Source: an uncultured Gemmatimonadaceae bacterium
GTDB lineage: Bacteria; Gemmatimonadota; Gemmatimonadetes; Gemmatimonadales; Gemmatimonadaceae
NCBI GenBank assembly: GCA_963843845.1
Contig: CAWJMB010000002.1
Span: forward strand, 768,001 to 832,000
Reading direction: 5' to 3'
DNA length: 64,000 nucleotides
Positions 61,613 to 64,000 of this stretch are shown in pieces (within the stretch, counting starts at the first letter, position 1; the number at the start of each line of letters is the position of its first letter). The notes below the pieces were generated by a model, which saw only the letters and a program-made list of their open reading frames with translations, did not search any database and was not told the DNA's origin. Position numbers and translations under genes: made by a program.

Positions 61613-63025
61613 TCAGAGGTCGCGACCGATGAGCTGCTCGAGCTGCGCCCGCGCCGTGCGCGCCGAGAAGCGCGCCTGCACGAGCGACAGGCTGGCCTGC
61701 GTCAGCTGATTCTGTGAGGTCAGCACGTCGAGCACCGTCGACACGCCGAGCTGGTAGCGCTGCTGCTGTACGCGCAGATCTTCCTCGGCCGCCGTGACCG
61801 ACTGTTGCTGAAGCGCGATCTGCGCCTGCGCGTTCCGGAGCGCCGTGATCGCCTGCACGAGCGACTGCTGCGCCGCGAGCTGCTGATCCTTGAGCGCCGC
61901 CTCGGCGTTCGCCTGCGCGATGCCGGCGTTCACGAGATTGCTCTGCCGCGCCAGTCGGTCGTAGAGCGGAAGGCTGAGCCGGAGCCCGAGGCTGCCGGTC
62001 GTCGTGTAGTTCGGCCCGAACGGGTCGAGATTGTTCGCCGACGAGCCGACGTTGCGCCCGTAGGTCAGCGCGACGGTCGGGTAGAACCCCGCCTTCGACG
62101 AGCGGTAGGCGTAGCGCGCCGCCGTGAGGTCCGCTTCCGCGGCGCGGATCGTCGGGTTCTCCAGCGCGATCGCGGCGAGGGCGCTGCTGTCGGCCGAGAA
62201 TGCCGAGTCGGCGGGCAGGCCGCTCGGCATCGCGCTGACCGGCGTCGACGAGCCGATGACGCGCGTCAGCGCCGCGTCGGCCGTCGCCCGCTGGTTCTGT
62301 GCGTTCAGCAGGGCGAGCCGCGCCTGACTGACGGCGATGGCGCCGCGCAGCGAATCGGAACGCGTCGCCGTCTGCGCGAGGACCTTCGCGACCGAGAGGG
62401 CGAGCTGCTGCTGCGCCTGCGCGAGCTGCGCCTGCGTCGCCAGCTCCGCCTCGCGCGCGGCGAGCGCCGCGTAGTACTGCTGCTTGACGTTGAACGCGAG
62501 CGTCGCGTTCGTCGACGCCACGCCGGTCTCGGCCGCCGACTGCTCGGCGCGGCTCGCCCGCAGGTCGTTGATGCGGCGGAAGCCGTCGAACAGCTCGACG
62601 CTCGCCGAGACGCTCGCCGCGTTCTGATACCGATTACTGGTCAGCTCGCCGGTGATCGTGTTGAGCCGCGTCGCGACGTTGCTCTGGCGCGTGAGGTTCG
62701 TGCTGAACTGGACCGTCGGAATGAACTGCGCGTAGGCCGCGCGGACGGCGGTGCGGCTGCCGCGAACCTGCCCCTGCGCCTGGATCGCCGACGGCGCGTT
62801 GCGCTGCGCGGTCTCGATCGCACTGGCGAGCGTGATCGGCGTCCCGATATTGGTGTCGGATGCGACCGGGCCGTTCAGCGGCGCGGCGATCGGCGCGCCG
62901 GCGGGCGGCACCCCAGGGATCGGCGCCGGAATCTGCGCCGCCACCACGGCCGGAGCGGCCGCGACGAGCGCGAGAGCAACTGCATGTCGACCGCAGCGCG
63001 CGGCCGGCAGAGCGAACGATGGCAT
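61613..63025 (-). CDS. TolC family outer membrane protein
   Basis: ITLASAIETA, ELFDGF, NVKQQYY, SLPLYD, RYQLGVSTVLDVL, QLEQLIG. Confidence 0.92.
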   Translation of the reverse strand: MPSFALPAARCGRHAVALALVAAAPAVVAAQIPAPIPGVPPAGAPIAAPLNGPVASDTNIGTPITLASAIETAQRNAPSAIQAQGQVRGSRTAVRAAYAQFIPTVQFSTNLTRQSNVATRLNTITGELTSNRYQNAASVSASVELFDGFRRINDLRASRAEQSAAETGVASTNATLAFNVKQQYYAALAAREAELATQAQLAQAQQQLALSVAKVLAQTATRSDSLRGAIAVSQARLALLNAQNQRATADAALTRVIGSSTPVSAMPSGLPADSAFSADSSALAAIALENPTIRAAEADLTAARYAYRSSKAGFYPTVALTYGRNVGSSANNLDPFGPNYTTTGSLGLRLSLPLYDRLARQSNLVNAGIAQANAEAALKDQQLAAQQSLVQAITALRNAQAQIALQQQSVTAAEEDLRVQQQRYQLGVSTVLDVLTSQNQLTQASLSLVQARFSARTARAQLEQLIGRDL

Positions 63026-63467
63026 GTGAGGTTGGAACGAGGACCAGGAGCGTGTCGCGATAGAAACGCGCTCGCGCCGGGTTTCGTTAAAGCGCCGGCA
63101 GCGCGCGGAGGCGCGTGGCGAGGTCACGACCGCGACGGCGAAACCGGCACGGCGCGGTGAGATCGGTCACGGCTCAGCGGCGTGCGGTCGTGCAACGTTC
63201 ACGCGCCCGCCGGGTAGGACGAGGCGCAAGATGCCGCCGGATGGGGCTGCAACCGAGTCGGAGCTGCGCATCACACGACCCGCCACTGCAGTCGTAAGGG
63301 CGTACCTGCCGCGAGGATCGTCCCCGTGACGTCGACCTCGTGGCCGACAGACGGCACTCCAGACCGGTCCGTACCCCTCGCCATCCGGCGAACCGCAGCG
63401 CCCGCGAAGCGTGAGACGCTTCGCGGGCGCTGCGTCGTCCGACGCCACTGGCGCTACGTTCCGGCCG

Positions 63468-63923
63468 ATGTCTGCGGAGCCGCTCCCCTTCGAGATCCGG
63501 TCATCGCCCCTGCAGGGCGTCGGCGCGTTCGCCACGCAGCCGATTCCGGCCGGCACGCGCCTCGTCGAGTACGCCGGCGAGCGGCTGACCCCTGCCGAGG
63601 CGGACGCACGCTATCCGGACGTGCCGGGGGAGCGGCATCACACCTTTCTGTTCGCGATCGACGACGAGGTCGTGATCGACGCGGCGGTCGGGGGAAATGC
63701 GGCGCGATTCATCAACCACAGCTGCGACCCGAACTGCGACGCCGTGATCGACGACGGGCGCATCTGGATCGAGACGATCCGCGACGTCACGCCGGGGGAG
63801 GAGCTGGCGTACGACTACGCGTACGTGCTCGAGGAGCGGCACACCCCGGCCGCGAAACGACGCTTTCCCTGTTCGTGCGGCGCCGCGACGTGTCGCGGCA
63901 CCATCCTCGCCAAGAAACGCTGA
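63468..63923 (+). CDS. SET domain protein-lysine methyltransferase with post-SET zinc site
   Basis: G.GAFA, EYAGE, RFINHSCDPN, GEELAYDY, CSCG...CRG. Confidence 0.93.
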   Translation: MSAEPLPFEIRSSPLQGVGAFATQPIPAGTRLVEYAGERLTPAEADARYPDVPGERHHTFLFAIDDEVVIDAAVGGNAARFINHSCDPNCDAVIDDGRIWIETIRDVTPGEELAYDYAYVLEERHTPAAKRRFPCSCGAATCRGTILAKKR

Positions 63924-64000
63924 GTCGCCGGATCAGCGCGCCGAGCGCCCCGCGAGCTGCGGCGTCACGACGCTGAGCACCGATGCGGCCGCCGCGCGGT

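Noticed and set aside
63030..63460. ncRNA or riboswitch in the 440-bp tolC/SET intergenic region
   Set aside because: I recognised no conserved RNA motif or strong hairpin by eye; an Rfam/Infernal scan would be needed.

Overview
This is a very GC-rich bacterial window. The gene inventory (kinase-linked ECF sigma factors, Ser/Thr kinases with TPR-like C-termini, PEP-CTERM proteins, SusC-like TonB receptor, DUF3108, MacB-like permease) suggests Gemmatimonadota (Gemmatirosa-like); that assignment is an inference. About 45 protein genes are recognisable. I saw no rRNA, tRNA, CRISPR array or transposase. Patches of single-base indels (about 0.7-1.7, 3.8-5.0, 14.9-17.3, 53.8-55.2 and 60.0-60.2 kb) split recognisable genes and look like long-read consensus errors rather than true pseudogenes. 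The strongest candidate for a new system is a tightly packed five-gene operon at 21.8-33.3 kb: Ser/Thr kinase, small Pro-rich protein of Arg-terminated repeats, metacaspase (C14), Ser-Asp-His lipase-like hydrolase, and a CHAT protease-STAND NTPase-TM-WD40 receptor. It reads as a putative proteolytic immunity or cell-death cascade. Other notable signals are a kinase-less partner of a phosphorylation-type ECF, a ladder of stop/start-overlapping mini-ORFs between kdpE and kdpD, a leader-peptide attenuator ahead of a ROK regulator, readable regulons (SARP-like GTAAGC boxes, a shared TAGGGGT-N14-GTGT ECF promoter), leaderless genes, and a recurrent CGTTAGGC octamer that imposes rare TTA codons.
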